Source: a virus
Lineage: Duplodnaviria; Caudoviricetes
Virus record (IMG/VR): IMGVR_UViG_3300020045_002563
Location: 1-38,953 of that record
DNA: 38,953 bases
Reading direction: 5' to 3' (one strand)
Below the pieces are notes generated by a model. That model was given only the letters and a program-made list of their open reading frames with translations, made no database searches and was not told where the DNA came from. The position numbers were made by a program, and so were the translations under genes. Shown here in pieces: positions 16,824-25,632 of this stretch (positions within the stretch are counted from its first letter, which is position 1; each line of letters opens with the position of its first letter).

Positions 16824-17012
16824 GCTAGTTAATTAAATGCAGTGCAACAAACGCTTGCAGCTTAACCCGATTGGATCAAACGGAATATCTGGATCGAAGT
16901 CAGGCACTCCACCACCTGATTGCTGCGCTTGTCCGTAAGTCGGATTAGGCTGATTCTGATAGCCTTGCTGCATCGGCTGACCAATCTGCGGCTAATAATG
17001 TGCTGGCGGTTG

Positions 17013-17414
17013 CTAGCGTGGCTGATTGTATGACTGCTGCGGTTGTTGTGGCTGAGCAGGCTGAGCTGATTGTTGCGGCTGCGGTGCTGGCGCTTGTTGT
17101 GGCGCATTAACAAAGCCTAACTTAGCATCAAGCAATTCAATCGACAGGCTCAAGCCGTTTTGACCTTGAAACTGGCGGATCTTCTGCTTATCGCCTGAGA
17201 CTTCAACGACTGCGCCTTCGACCAATGCTTGCTGGTAGAATTGCACTTGCGCCGGAGCTTTGGCGAAAATTACAGCTTCATAATTTGTCCAAGCATCTGA
17301 TTTGGCTTCCCGGTCATAAAATTTAACACCTAAGCGAATGCCGAAGCCTGTTGATTCACCCGCTTGAAATTGCGTTGCGGCTTTGTTTAGTTTGCCGACG
17401 ATTGTTGTACTCAT
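17013..17414 (-). CDS. ssb: Single-stranded DNA-binding protein
   Basis: OB-fold-like N-terminus (TTIVGKL..GIRLGVKFYDRE..WTNYEAVIF..LVEGAVVEVSG) and Q/P-rich linker; follows the exonuclease. Confidence 0.8.
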   Translation of the reverse strand: MSTTIVGKLNKAATQFQAGESTGFGIRLGVKFYDREAKSDAWTNYEAVIFAKAPAQVQFYQQALVEGAVVEVSGDKQKIRQFQGQNGLSLSIELLDAKLGFVNAPQQAPAPQPQQSAQPAQPQQPQQSYNQPR

Positions 17415-18133
17415 TAGATTTTACTCCGTTGTTGTTTTAAATAATCCCAATGCTGACCGAATGTTACGCCTAACTTTTCAAGTGCTGCGTCAAGGTCGGC
17501 GATAAATTGTGGCACCGCATCGCGCAATGTCGCCTGCTTTTTATCGTCTGGATATGTCTCTGTATAGTGCAAGTTGTTTGCGCCTAAGATCACTCTTGGG
17601 TCATAGGTGCAAAAAATATGCTTTTCGCAGCCAGTGCCAAAGATTTGAAATTGCCGCTGCCATTGCCATTCCGGCTTAACTTTATCAAATGCAGCGTGCT
17701 TGATGTGATTAGTGCCATCAAACGGCGCTTTGATTTCGCAGCATACATTGCCAAAAACACCATCAGGACTAACAGCAATTCGCATTGATTGATCTTTGTA
17801 TGTCAGTGGAATTTCTTTAATGTCAGCAAAGCCAAGCGCAGCAGAAAGAGCTGTTCTTGCTTCCGGCTCGTATAACTTACCCCAATCAGTTTGCTTAAAG
17901 TTTGATTCATCGCCTGAATTGCAATTGACAATATCAGAGATAAGCTCGGACATATAAGTTGCGCGTCCATCGGTATCTTTGCCAGCAACAATCTTATCTG
18001 CCTTTGATGCTGTCAAAACGCCTAGGCGCATGATTTTCCATTCAAGCGAGCCTTGCTCTATAGTTGTCGGATCAAATCCAAAAACATTTTCCATTGATTT
18101 AAGCTGCGCCATTGCGCGGTTATAAATGCTCAT
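17414..18133 (-). CDS. YqaJ / lambda-exonuclease family recombination nuclease
   Basis: EQGSLEW..MRLGVLTAS, WGKLYEPEAR, VSPDG, EIKAP, QxQ and YDPR motifs. Confidence 0.88.
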   Translation of the reverse strand: MSIYNRAMAQLKSMENVFGFDPTTIEQGSLEWKIMRLGVLTASKADKIVAGKDTDGRATYMSELISDIVNCNSGDESNFKQTDWGKLYEPEARTALSAALGFADIKEIPLTYKDQSMRIAVSPDGVFGNVCCEIKAPFDGTNHIKHAAFDKVKPEWQWQRQFQIFGTGCEKHIFCTYDPRVILGANNLHYTETYPDDKKQATLRDAVPQFIADLDAALEKLGVTFGQHWDYLKQQRSKI

Positions 18134-18996
18134 TTCTTTTGCCCTAAAGTTTTAATTGCTGATTGAGCTTGTTGCTCGGTTAGTTGACAAATTGATTCGA
18201 CTTTAAGCCAAGCCATCATCTTTGGCTTTTGCTCATCGGCCAATCCGTTGAAGTAATCTGTTAGCCATGCCTCTGACTCTAAACTGATTGGCGTTACATC
18301 GCGCGCAGGATCTTCTTTATTGATACCTTCCCCGCCTTCTGTGTTTAGGTATTCAATAGCATTGTGCAGGCGATCAACTTTAGGCCACATTTTAGCAGCT
18401 CGCTTAACTACGGTTTTGCGGCACATTTCCTCGAAGTCGGTGAACCACGGGCCTTTATTCTGCTTGCCGGACTCGCTGCGGGCTTTAACCGCCAGCAATT
18501 GCTCGATACTCATTTCTTCGGTCAGGTAAGCTCCTGTGGAAGTACGAACAACGCAATAAGCGCCAACTAACTCGCCACGATTGCCAAAGGCGTTGTATTT
18601 GTGCAGAGGTGCTTGGTCAATACCTTGGTTTTCATATGTATCATTTGCATACACAAGCTTAGACTGTCCGAACTCGATTGATCCGGTTGACATAGCCAGG
18701 TGCAGCAAGCCCATGTAAGAAATATCAAGGCAAATCGCACCGCCCCGGGGAACTAGGTAAGCATTCTTGCTGGCAGGGTTTAAGCTAACGCCAATTGCGG
18801 CAGCATTACGTAAAGCATTCTGAACTGACACAGGGTTTTTCTGTGCAACGCCTAAAGCATAGGTATTGGCAGACAGCAACTGCATTGCATAATTAGCTTC
18901 AGCAGGCCAGTTTACCGCATTGTGCGCTGTAATTAATTGCAGACATTCAGGCTCTACGCCTTTCACCATGTCTGGAATTGTCATTAAGTTATTCAT
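18130..18996 (-). CDS. recT: RecT/Red-beta family single-strand annealing protein
   Basis: AAAIGVSLNP..AYLVPR..LDISYMGL, GELVGAYC and PW.TDFEEMCRKTVVKRAAKMWP; GGAG RBS before ATG 18996. Confidence 0.88.
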   Translation of the reverse strand: MNNLMTIPDMVKGVEPECLQLITAHNAVNWPAEANYAMQLLSANTYALGVAQKNPVSVQNALRNAAAIGVSLNPASKNAYLVPRGGAICLDISYMGLLHLAMSTGSIEFGQSKLVYANDTYENQGIDQAPLHKYNAFGNRGELVGAYCVVRTSTGAYLTEEMSIEQLLAVKARSESGKQNKGPWFTDFEEMCRKTVVKRAAKMWPKVDRLHNAIEYLNTEGGEGINKEDPARDVTPISLESEAWLTDYFNGLADEQKPKMMAWLKVESICQLTEQQAQSAIKTLGQKK

Positions 18997-19024
18997 TTCA
19001 TTCTCCACGTTGTTGGTAATGGGT

Positions 19025-19074
19025 AATGTAATGCAAAACTTGCAACTCGTCAAGAGGAGTGTTATATTTTGCAT
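19025..19074. promoter_or_regulatory. Overlapping divergent sigma70 promoters with an inverted repeat
   Basis: Plus strand: TTGCAA (19040-45), 17 bp, TATATT (19063-68) with extended TG. Minus strand: TTGACG (19053-48), 17 bp, TACATT (19030-25). ATGCAAAA (19031-38) and TTTTGCAT (19067-74) are inverted. Confidence 0.72.
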
Positions 19075-19098
19075 GTCAATTAATTAGAGGGTAACAAA

Positions 19099-19590
19099 AT
19101 GACAGATTTAGTAATGATCACCGATGGTCAGCCAACTGCAAACTCTAAAGCGATTGGGGATTTTTTTTGCAAGAACCACAGACACGTTTTAGAAGCAATT
19201 AAAAACTTGGAATGCTCAGAGAGTTTTAGAGAGTCGAATTTTCGACTGTCCTCCTATCGCTCAGCTCAAAACAAGATTTTACCATGTTACGAAATGACGA
19301 AAGATGGATTTTGCTTTTTAGCGATGGGCTTTACCGGTAAAGAGGCGGCGAAATGGAAAGAGGCATACATTAGCGCGTTTAACCAGATGGAGGCCATCAT
19401 TAAATCAAGCGGCGGAATGATGGAACAGATCAACCAGGCGATTAGCATCATGGAGCAAGACAAAGACGTAGCAAGCAAATGCGGGAAAGGACTTGTTGCA
19501 TGGAAGAAAGTTAAGAAAGAGCACGTAAAACAAATTGAGCGCCTAAAAGACGCTGCACAGTTAACGCTCGGCTTCAAGATGGGTGAGTAG
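19099..19590 (+). CDS. rha: Rha family phage regulatory protein
   Basis: NSKAIGDFF.KNHRHVLEAIKNL..YEMTKDGF.FLAMGFTGKEAAKWKEAYISAFNQME is the Rha signature. Confidence 0.92.
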   Translation: MTDLVMITDGQPTANSKAIGDFFCKNHRHVLEAIKNLECSESFRESNFRLSSYRSAQNKILPCYEMTKDGFCFLAMGFTGKEAAKWKEAYISAFNQMEAIIKSSGGMMEQINQAISIMEQDKDVASKCGKGLVAWKKVKKEHVKQIERLKDAAQLTLGFKMGE

Positions 19591-19592
19591 CT

Positions 19593-20393
19593 ATGTCGGG
19601 CTGGATAAAGCTACATAGGGGTATATTTGACCACTGGATTGCAGGCGATCCAGAATATTTGTGCGTGTGGTTACGGATGCTGACAGACGCAAATTTTGAA
19701 GATAAAAAGCACCTGTTTAACGGTGCTCTTATTGAGATAAAAAGAGGTCAAATTATATTTGGTCTTGAGGCTTGGAGCGCTAAAACTGGTGTGACAATTT
19801 CGAAGCTGAGAAGGCTTCTTGACATGTTAGAAAAAGATAGAATGATCGACAGGCAAAAAACAAACAAATACTCTTTAATATCAATACTTAACTACTCTTT
19901 ATATCAAGACGACGACAGGCAAAACGCAAGCAAAACGCAAGCAGACGACAAGCAAACGGCAACACCTAAAGAATTAAAGAATATAAGAAGTAAAGAATTA
20001 AAAGATCTTGTCGATTCTGTCGAATCGCCTGATTTAGTTAGCAAGAAGAAAAAGCCGAAACCAACTGCGTTTGATGACTTAACAGTCAGCTACCAAGAAA
20101 GAGCTTTCAACGTGTTTTGGAAGGAAGTTGAGAAAAAGAAATCAGCTAAGGCGGATGCTCTAAAGGCGTTTCTTGAGTTGACAAAAGATCTGGACAACGA
20201 AAAGGTTGATTTTGCCTTAAACGTTATCTGTCACTGGTACGATTTGTATTTGGCTGAAGATGAGTCAAGATTGCTTCCTGAAAACAAAAAATACCTAAAA
20301 GGCGCTGGCGTTTGGATGAGAGAAAAGCCATGGCAGGCAGACAAAGAAGCGCTGGCTAAATTTAAGGCTGATTATTATGGAGAGCAGCAGTGA
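19593..20393 (+). CDS. Replication initiator (lambda O analogue)
   Basis: MSGWIKLHR..IKRGQ winged-helix N-terminus, internal iterons, and position directly upstream of the helicase. Confidence 0.8.
   Translation: MSGWIKLHRGIFDHWIAGDPEYLCVWLRMLTDANFEDKKHLFNGALIEIKRGQIIFGLEAWSAKTGVTISKLRRLLDMLEKDRMIDRQKTNKYSLISILNYSLYQDDDRQNASKTQADDKQTATPKELKNIRSKELKDLVDSVESPDLVSKKKKPKPTAFDDLTVSYQERAFNVFWKEVEKKKSAKADALKAFLELTKDLDNEKVDFALNVICHWYDLYLAEDESRLLPENKKYLKGAGVWMREKPWQADKEALAKFKADYYGEQQ
19916..20002 (+). other. Putative replication origin: four 11-bp iterons plus AT-rich tract
   Basis: CAGGCAAAACG, CAAGCAAAACG, CAAGCAGACGA and CAAGCAAACGG (19916-19959), then TAAAGAATTAAA twice (19967, 19991). Confidence 0.7.
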
Positions 20394-21769
20394 ACGTTGA
20401 AACACTAACAAACCTAATGGCTGAGCGGTCAGTGATTGGATCGATGATGATCAACGGCGGAAGCGACGCGGCGACATTTGCGCTTGATCTTCTGCTGGAG
20501 ACTGATTTTTACTTTCGAGATTCCAGAATTGCATGGAAAGCCATTGCAGCGGTAAGCCAGTCGAGCAATCCAATTGATCTGATTACAGTGACGGACTACA
20601 TAGATTCGCACGGGCTAAACCTTGAGTTTCACGCCGTGGCAGCTATGTGCAATGAGACACCAAGCCAAGCAAATTTGAAACGGTATTCCGAGTTGGTAAA
20701 GCAATCATCTGTTTTGCGGGCCGCTTACACTTCTTGCCTAAACGCTGCCGATCAAATTAACGACAGCGGCGACCCTGACGAAAGGCTTTCCAAAGCCATG
20801 CAGACGCTTTCAGTTATTGGTCAAAGCTCAGCTACCGGAACTGATGCTGTATGCGCTTCTGATGTACTGAGCGAGGTTTTGGATGACATGACGGCAGCCA
20901 TGATGAATGACTGCAAAGTAAATGGATATAAAACAGGGTTTGAAAACTTAGATCGGCTGATTCCGGCGCTTGAGCCTGGCGATTTTATGATCCTTGCCGC
21001 ACGGCCATCTATGGGGAAAACCACTTTAGCAATGAATATTGCAGAAAACGTGGCTTACTTAAACGAGAAGCGCGGCAGGGTTTTGTTTTTCTCTTTGGAA
21101 ATGCCGAAAAAACAACTAATGCAGCGATCGATGTCTCGGCTTGGCTCTGTGCCAGCAGCAGCTATCAGGAACGGCTCGGCGCTTACTGATGACAAGATGG
21201 CTGGAGGAATTTCAGAGGCCATGAGAATAATCAAAGAAAACGCCGGAAACTTTTTAATTGACGATCGCGGCGGCTTGCATATTTCGCAAATGCGAGCGAA
21301 GGCAAAGCGGGTAAAAATGAAATACGGCGCAATTGCCTTGATTGTTGTTGACTACATTCAGATCGCGAAAGGTGACGGCGAAAACCAAAATATCAAAGTT
21401 GGCTCAATTTCATCCGGTCTGAAAGAAATGGCAAAAGAAATTGGATGCGCTGTCATTGCACTGTCACAGCTAAAAAGGATTAAAGGAGGCAAACCGACAC
21501 TGGAGGATTTGCGAGACTCAGGAAGTTTGGAGCAAGACTGTGATATCGGAATGTTTTTGCATGATGATGACTACGAAGGCGATCGCGGCGCGCATTCATT
21601 AACCGAGGCTTTGATTGCAAAGCAGCGAAACGGTCCAATTGGAGAGACATTCTTGCAGCCTGAGCTACACCTAAACAGGTTTGCAGACACCAATCGATTG
21701 CCAGCGGCAAATGGCGAGCCTGACAACAAATACGAAGGCAAGAAGCGCTACAGCGCAAGAGGTGAATAA
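20390..21769 (+). CDS. dnaB: Replicative DNA helicase, DnaB family
   Basis: AARPSMGKT Walker A, FSLEM, IVVDYIQ, LSQL, DLRDSGSLEQD and AKQRNGP motifs. Confidence 0.96.
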   Translation: MNVETLTNLMAERSVIGSMMINGGSDAATFALDLLLETDFYFRDSRIAWKAIAAVSQSSNPIDLITVTDYIDSHGLNLEFHAVAAMCNETPSQANLKRYSELVKQSSVLRAAYTSCLNAADQINDSGDPDERLSKAMQTLSVIGQSSATGTDAVCASDVLSEVLDDMTAAMMNDCKVNGYKTGFENLDRLIPALEPGDFMILAARPSMGKTTLAMNIAENVAYLNEKRGRVLFFSLEMPKKQLMQRSMSRLGSVPAAAIRNGSALTDDKMAGGISEAMRIIKENAGNFLIDDRGGLHISQMRAKAKRVKMKYGAIALIVVDYIQIAKGDGENQNIKVGSISSGLKEMAKEIGCAVIALSQLKRIKGGKPTLEDLRDSGSLEQDCDIGMFLHDDDYEGDRGAHSLTEALIAKQRNGPIGETFLQPELHLNRFADTNRLPAANGEPDNKYEGKKRYSARGE

Positions 21770-21927
21770 TGAGCTTTATTCCAGTAACCAACAACGAGAT
21801 CCCAGAACCGCCGATGCAGCTTGTGCGGGTGATTCTGGCTAACTATCGGAGGCATACTATTTGCGCCCGATTTGCTAAAAACCTTAGTTCGCCAGTTACG
21901 GCTTATAAAATTGTTAGGAGAGGATGA
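21769..21927 (+). CDS. Hypothetical 52-aa protein
   Basis: TAATG coupling to dnaB; open to TGA at 21925. Confidence 0.45.
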   Translation: MSFIPVTNNEIPEPPMQLVRVILANYRRHTICARFAKNLSSPVTAYKIVRRG

Positions 21928-22094
21928 TGAAAATAATACAGAAGAATCAATTTTATGTGGTCCCCTACAACTTTAACGGACTGGTGTTGTTTGCTGTTGA
22001 GGATGTTAAAGAATACATAGAGAAATACTGCAACACAAAAGAAGACGCATTAAATTTTATAGAAAGACTTTGCGATGGCGATATTTATGGATAA
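21924..22094 (+). CDS. Hypothetical ~56-aa protein
   Basis: AGGAG RBS, ATGA coupling, and overlap with the ninB start. Confidence 0.45.
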   Translation: MMKIIQKNQFYVVPYNFNGLVLFAVEDVKEYIEKYCNTKEDALNFIERLCDGDIYG

Positions 22095-22473
22095 GTACAA
22101 ACAAATAATCAGCAGCCGATCCAACTTAGTTCAGGCGTTTAGATATGCTGAGTCTTTTGGTTATGAGCTGCCTTACGTTATTGAGGTAAGGCCATTAACA
22201 AGAACAATTGAGCAAAACGCGAAGTTGTGGGCATTGCTTGGCGAGATATCAGAGCAAGTTAACTGGCATGGCCAAAAGCTTTCCAGTGAGGACTGGAAGC
22301 ATGTATTTAGCGCCGCATTAAACCAGCAAAGGGTAGTGCCAAATATCGACAGCACTGGCTTTGTGGTTCTTGGTAAGTCAACCAGCAAAATGAGCGTGGC
22401 CGAAATGATGGATATGATTGAACTGATCCACGCATTTGGCGCGCAGCGTGGGGTTAAATTTAAAGATGCCTAA
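22087..22473 (+). CDS. ninB: NinB (Orf) recombination protein
   Basis: RTIEQNAKLWALLGEISEQVNWHG.KL..EDWK.VF and G.STSKMSV.EM..MIE.I.AFGAQRGV.F. Confidence 0.92.
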   Translation: MDKYKQIISSRSNLVQAFRYAESFGYELPYVIEVRPLTRTIEQNAKLWALLGEISEQVNWHGQKLSSEDWKHVFSAALNQQRVVPNIDSTGFVVLGKSTSKMSVAEMMDMIELIHAFGAQRGVKFKDA

Positions 22474-23023
22474 GTGCAAGTTCTGCAAAAAGCCAGCAAG
22501 TAACAGATTTGGGTTGCACACGTTTTGCGATACAGAGTGCGCTTATCAGTTTGCGATCGCGGCAAAGGAAAAGTCAGCATCAAAAAAGCAAAAGGAGTTT
22601 AACGCAGAGACTCGGCGGAGGAAGGTTGCGCTAAAGAGTCGCAGCGATTGGCTGAAAGAGCTGCAAACGGTGTTTAATAAATTTATCCGACTGAGGGATG
22701 ATAAATTGCCTTGCGTTAGCTGTGGTCGATTCCATGAGGGTCAGTGGCATGCAGGGCATTATCTTTCAGTCGGAGCGCATCCAGAGCTTAGATTTAATCC
22801 AATTAACGTGTGGCGTCAGTGTATGCCTTGCAATTCGCACCTGTCAGGCAACCAAGTTAATTACAGAATTGAGCTAATCAAGAGAATCGGGCTTGATAAA
22901 GTTGAATGGTTGGAAGGGCCACACGAGCCACTAAAGCTGACTATTGAAGAAATAAAAACATTGATTGCTGAGTACAAAATGAAGATTAAAGCACACTCCT
23001 CCGACCAGCAAAAAACACCTTGA
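22466..23023 (+). CDS. ninG: NinG (Rap) endonuclease
   Basis: N-terminal Cys cluster, FNKFIRLRD..PCVSCG..WHAGHY.SVGAHPELRF...N...QC..CN.HLSGN. Confidence 0.93.
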   Translation: MPKCKFCKKPASNRFGLHTFCDTECAYQFAIAAKEKSASKKQKEFNAETRRRKVALKSRSDWLKELQTVFNKFIRLRDDKLPCVSCGRFHEGQWHAGHYLSVGAHPELRFNPINVWRQCMPCNSHLSGNQVNYRIELIKRIGLDKVEWLEGPHEPLKLTIEEIKTLIAEYKMKIKAHSSDQQKTP

Positions 23024-23048
23024 CCAATAGCGGGCAGTGGTCAACAAT
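22994..23048 (+). promoter_or_regulatory. Rightward promoter with upstream FadR-box-like site
   Basis: CACTCCTCCGACCAGCA (22994-23010), TTGACC (23020-25), 17 bp, AACAAT (23043-48); 37/44 identical to the 15.6-kb promoter. Confidence 0.6.
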
Positions 23049-23087
23049 ACAGACACAGCGAGTTGCTTGATGATTAGGGGTTGAGAA

Positions 23088-23327
23088 ATGAAAAACGGAG
23101 ACTTTCCGGCAATGCCAGCCAAGACACAATATCCGCTAACTTTTGCGGAGACCGTGGAGATTCAGATGGTGGATCACTTTTGCTCAGGTCTGACCAAGCG
23201 CGAAATGTTCGCCATGGCAGCTATGCAGGGTATTTTAGCAAATAGTAGCAACAGCATGAGTTATGCGGCGCGTGACGCAGTGTTGATGGCTGATGAGTTG
23301 CTTTCAGAACTGGAGCTCACCAAATGA
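23088..23327 (+). CDS. Conserved small phage protein
   Basis: GLTKREMFAMAAMQG..A...AV..AD.LL is a widespread phage motif. Confidence 0.75.
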   Translation: MKNGDFPAMPAKTQYPLTFAETVEIQMVDHFCSGLTKREMFAMAAMQGILANSSNSMSYAARDAVLMADELLSELELTK

Positions 23328-23626
23328 AAAAGATGAGTGAAGTTTTTAAGTTGCCTAGCAATGTTCTGGTGAATTTAGATAATGAATTGCATGATGATCG
23401 AGGTCGCTTACTGGCTGAGTTCAGCAGCAGACAGTACGCAAAAGCAGCTTCCCACGCAATAAACCATGTTGACGCGCTGGCGGATGCTTTGGAGTTAATT
23501 GTGAATGATTATAATTCATACCGTGCGGTCAATGAAATTGACATGACGGATGATCATTGCGCCAAACTACATCAAAAAATGATTAATGCAGACAAGGCAC
23601 TAGCCGCCTATCGTGGTGATAAATGA
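23324..23626 (+). CDS. Hypothetical protein
   Basis: 100 aa, ATGA-coupled. Confidence 0.6.
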   Translation: MKKMSEVFKLPSNVLVNLDNELHDDRGRLLAEFSSRQYAKAASHAINHVDALADALELIVNDYNSYRAVNEIDMTDDHCAKLHQKMINADKALAAYRGDK

Positions 23627-23784
23627 CCTCCGGCCTACACTACCAACTTAAGCAGCGCGTCAAAAACGGCTACGTTAAGCTGGGTGAGCTCAGACCTAAC
23701 AGTCGGGCGATTGCTCAGCGCTTGCTGGCAGCCGGGGAGATGTATTTGGATCAACGTGGGTATTTGCGCTTAAACGAAATTTAA
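23623..23784 (+). CDS. Hypothetical 53-aa protein
   Basis: MTSGLHYQLKQRVKNGYVKLGELRPNSRAIAQRLLAAGEMYLDQRGYLRLNEI; ATGA-coupled. Confidence 0.45.
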   Translation: MTSGLHYQLKQRVKNGYVKLGELRPNSRAIAQRLLAAGEMYLDQRGYLRLNEI

Positions 23785-23792
23785 TTGGAGAT

Positions 23793-23984
23793 TTGATGAT
23801 GACCAGAGAAGAATTTAACAGGATGAGATTTTTCGCAGGCATGAATGTTATGTACAAAGATGAAAAGTACGGCATTGAGTCTGTGAATTTCACTGAGGGG
23901 CTACTTGGATTGAGAGAGGGGCTTGATAGCGAAGAAGATGATTTAACTTGGGTTCGATGCGAATCCGTGGAGTTATTGCCATGA
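23793..23984 (+). CDS. Hypothetical small beta-rich protein
   Basis: GGAG RBS, ~62 aa. Confidence 0.55.
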   Translation: MMMTREEFNRMRFFAGMNVMYKDEKYGIESVNFTEGLLGLREGLDSEEDDLTWVRCESVELLP

Positions 23985-24271
23985 GCTACGACGATTGGAA
24001 GCAAACCGACCAACTCGGTGAACAAATGGCAGCCTACGAAGCCAATCGCGCTGCATTATCCGCTCAAATCAAAGCAGGACTCAAGCTTAGCGACTATCTG
24101 ACTGAAATAGAGGTAGATGCCAGCATGGACACTAAAGTCTGCCAGAGCATCACCAAAGCGTTTTTAACGGGTGCAGATTGCGGAGCTATCCTGCACGCAT
24201 ACGCCGACCAGTGGCTGAGCGACCATGCAGACAGGTTGGCGCTGGCTCAGTTGCAGGGTATTGATGATTAA
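23981..24271 (+). CDS. Hypothetical protein
   Basis: Starts MSYDDWK at the ATGA overlap, with GGAG upstream. Confidence 0.55.
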   Translation: MSYDDWKQTDQLGEQMAAYEANRAALSAQIKAGLKLSDYLTEIEVDASMDTKVCQSITKAFLTGADCGAILHAYADQWLSDHADRLALAQLQGIDD

Positions 24272-24272
24272 G

Positions 24273-24301
24273 TTGCAATCCGGCAATCCTTAAACTACTA
24301 T
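24273..24301 (+). promoter_or_regulatory. Sigma70 promoter
   Basis: TTGCAA (24273-78), 17 bp, TACTAT (24296-24301). Confidence 0.62.
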
Positions 24302-24367
24302 TAACTTCCGCGCTAGAACCTTACCCGCCATAGAGATATGGCTCCATTTTTAATAGGAGCCAATAAA

Positions 24368-25357
24368 ATGAACCACGTCGTTAGCTTTTCACTTGGAAAA
24401 ACATCCGCATGCATGTCAATAATGACGCAGCAGATGCAGGGCGTTTATAAGTGCATTTCCATTATGGAAAGCTGCCTAAAGTCAGGTGAAATACAAGGTA
24501 GCGTTGAGTATATCTTGATGGATACATCGTGGGAACATCCGCTGAGTTATGATTTTGGTAGGGCGTTAGAAAAAAAGCTTGGTATAAAAATAACAGTATT
24601 GCGCGGAGACTTTAATCAGGATCTTGGAGAGGGCCACAGCTATACGGTTCACGATTTAAAAAACATTACAACAACGCCCCTGCAAGGCGGCGCATTCTAC
24701 GGCATGGTTAAAAAATACGGAGTGCCAACAGTCATGACTCCGTGGTGTACTAGCAGGATGAAGGAAGAGACGCACGACAAATACTGTGATAACAAGTATG
24801 GAAAAGGTAACTATGTCACATGGCTTGGTATGAGAGTTGACGAGCCAAAGAGATTGAAGAACGTCGGTAAAAGCCCATTGTTGCGATACTTTTCAGAAAT
24901 ATCAGACATGACAAAAGCAGACGTTAACGATTTCTGGTCTGACATGGATTTTAATTTAGAAATACCGCCATTCCTTGGCAACTGCGTTTTTTGCGTAAAG
25001 AAATCAAAAAACAAAATAGCATTGGCGGTAAGGAGGGAGCCTGAACTTGCCAAGCAATGGCAGAAACTGATTGATGATGCTCCAGATATCAAGTTCCTAA
25101 CTCTAAAGAAAAATAAAGACGGTCAGATTGATTTTGTTTCTCAGGCCAGTGGAGAGCCCGATGAAATTGTTATTTCTGCCAAATCCGCAATGTACAGGGG
25201 GTACAGAAGCTTTGGTGATATTATAAAAATGTTTGAGCAGTGGAGCGATCAAGATATTGAAGATTCCATCAGGAGCATGAAAGACGGCGACTCAGATGGA
25301 TGTGGCGAGTCATGCGAACCGAATCTTAACAATCAACTAGATTGGGTAGGCGAATGA
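24368..25357 (+). CDS. PAPS-reductase-like PP-loop ATPase (adenine nucleotide alpha-hydrolase family)
   Basis: VVSFSLGKTSA PP-loop, MDTSWEH, WCTSRMK, WLGMRVDE, GNCVFC and C-terminal CGESCE; AGGAG RBS before ATG 24368. Confidence 0.8.
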   Translation: MNHVVSFSLGKTSACMSIMTQQMQGVYKCISIMESCLKSGEIQGSVEYILMDTSWEHPLSYDFGRALEKKLGIKITVLRGDFNQDLGEGHSYTVHDLKNITTTPLQGGAFYGMVKKYGVPTVMTPWCTSRMKEETHDKYCDNKYGKGNYVTWLGMRVDEPKRLKNVGKSPLLRYFSEISDMTKADVNDFWSDMDFNLEIPPFLGNCVFCVKKSKNKIALAVRREPELAKQWQKLIDDAPDIKFLTLKKNKDGQIDFVSQASGEPDEIVISAKSAMYRGYRSFGDIIKMFEQWSDQDIEDSIRSMKDGDSDGCGESCEPNLNNQLDWVGE

Positions 25358-25572
25358 CAACAAACACCGAAGCCCTAACAATCTGCCTAGCCCGCCGACT
25401 AGCAATACAGCACAAAGAGCCACAACAAGCGGCAATAGTTCAAACAGCAGCCAGGATGTTGGAGCAATCGACCGACGAGCAAACTAGGAGCGCCTGCCTT
25501 GATTTGATTGCAGCAACTCCGGCCGAGCGACAGCGCATTGTTGCGTTTGCTGAGGCGATACTTTTGACGTAA
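25354..25572 (+). CDS. Hypothetical protein
   Basis: ATGA-coupled, 72 aa. Confidence 0.5.
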   Translation: MTTNTEALTICLARRLAIQHKEPQQAAIVQTAARMLEQSTDEQTRSACLDLIAATPAERQRIVAFAEAILLT

Positions 25573-25610
25573 CTGGTCAGCTTTGTTCAGCGCCGCAACG
25601 GTGGTAATGT
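25571..25610 (+). promoter_or_regulatory. FadR-box-like site overlapping -35 plus extended -10
   Basis: AACTGGTCAGCTTTGTT (25571-87), 17 bp, TG-G-TAATGT (25605-10). Confidence 0.5.
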
Positions 25611-25632
25611 GGCGTTTTATTTGGAGGTGAGT

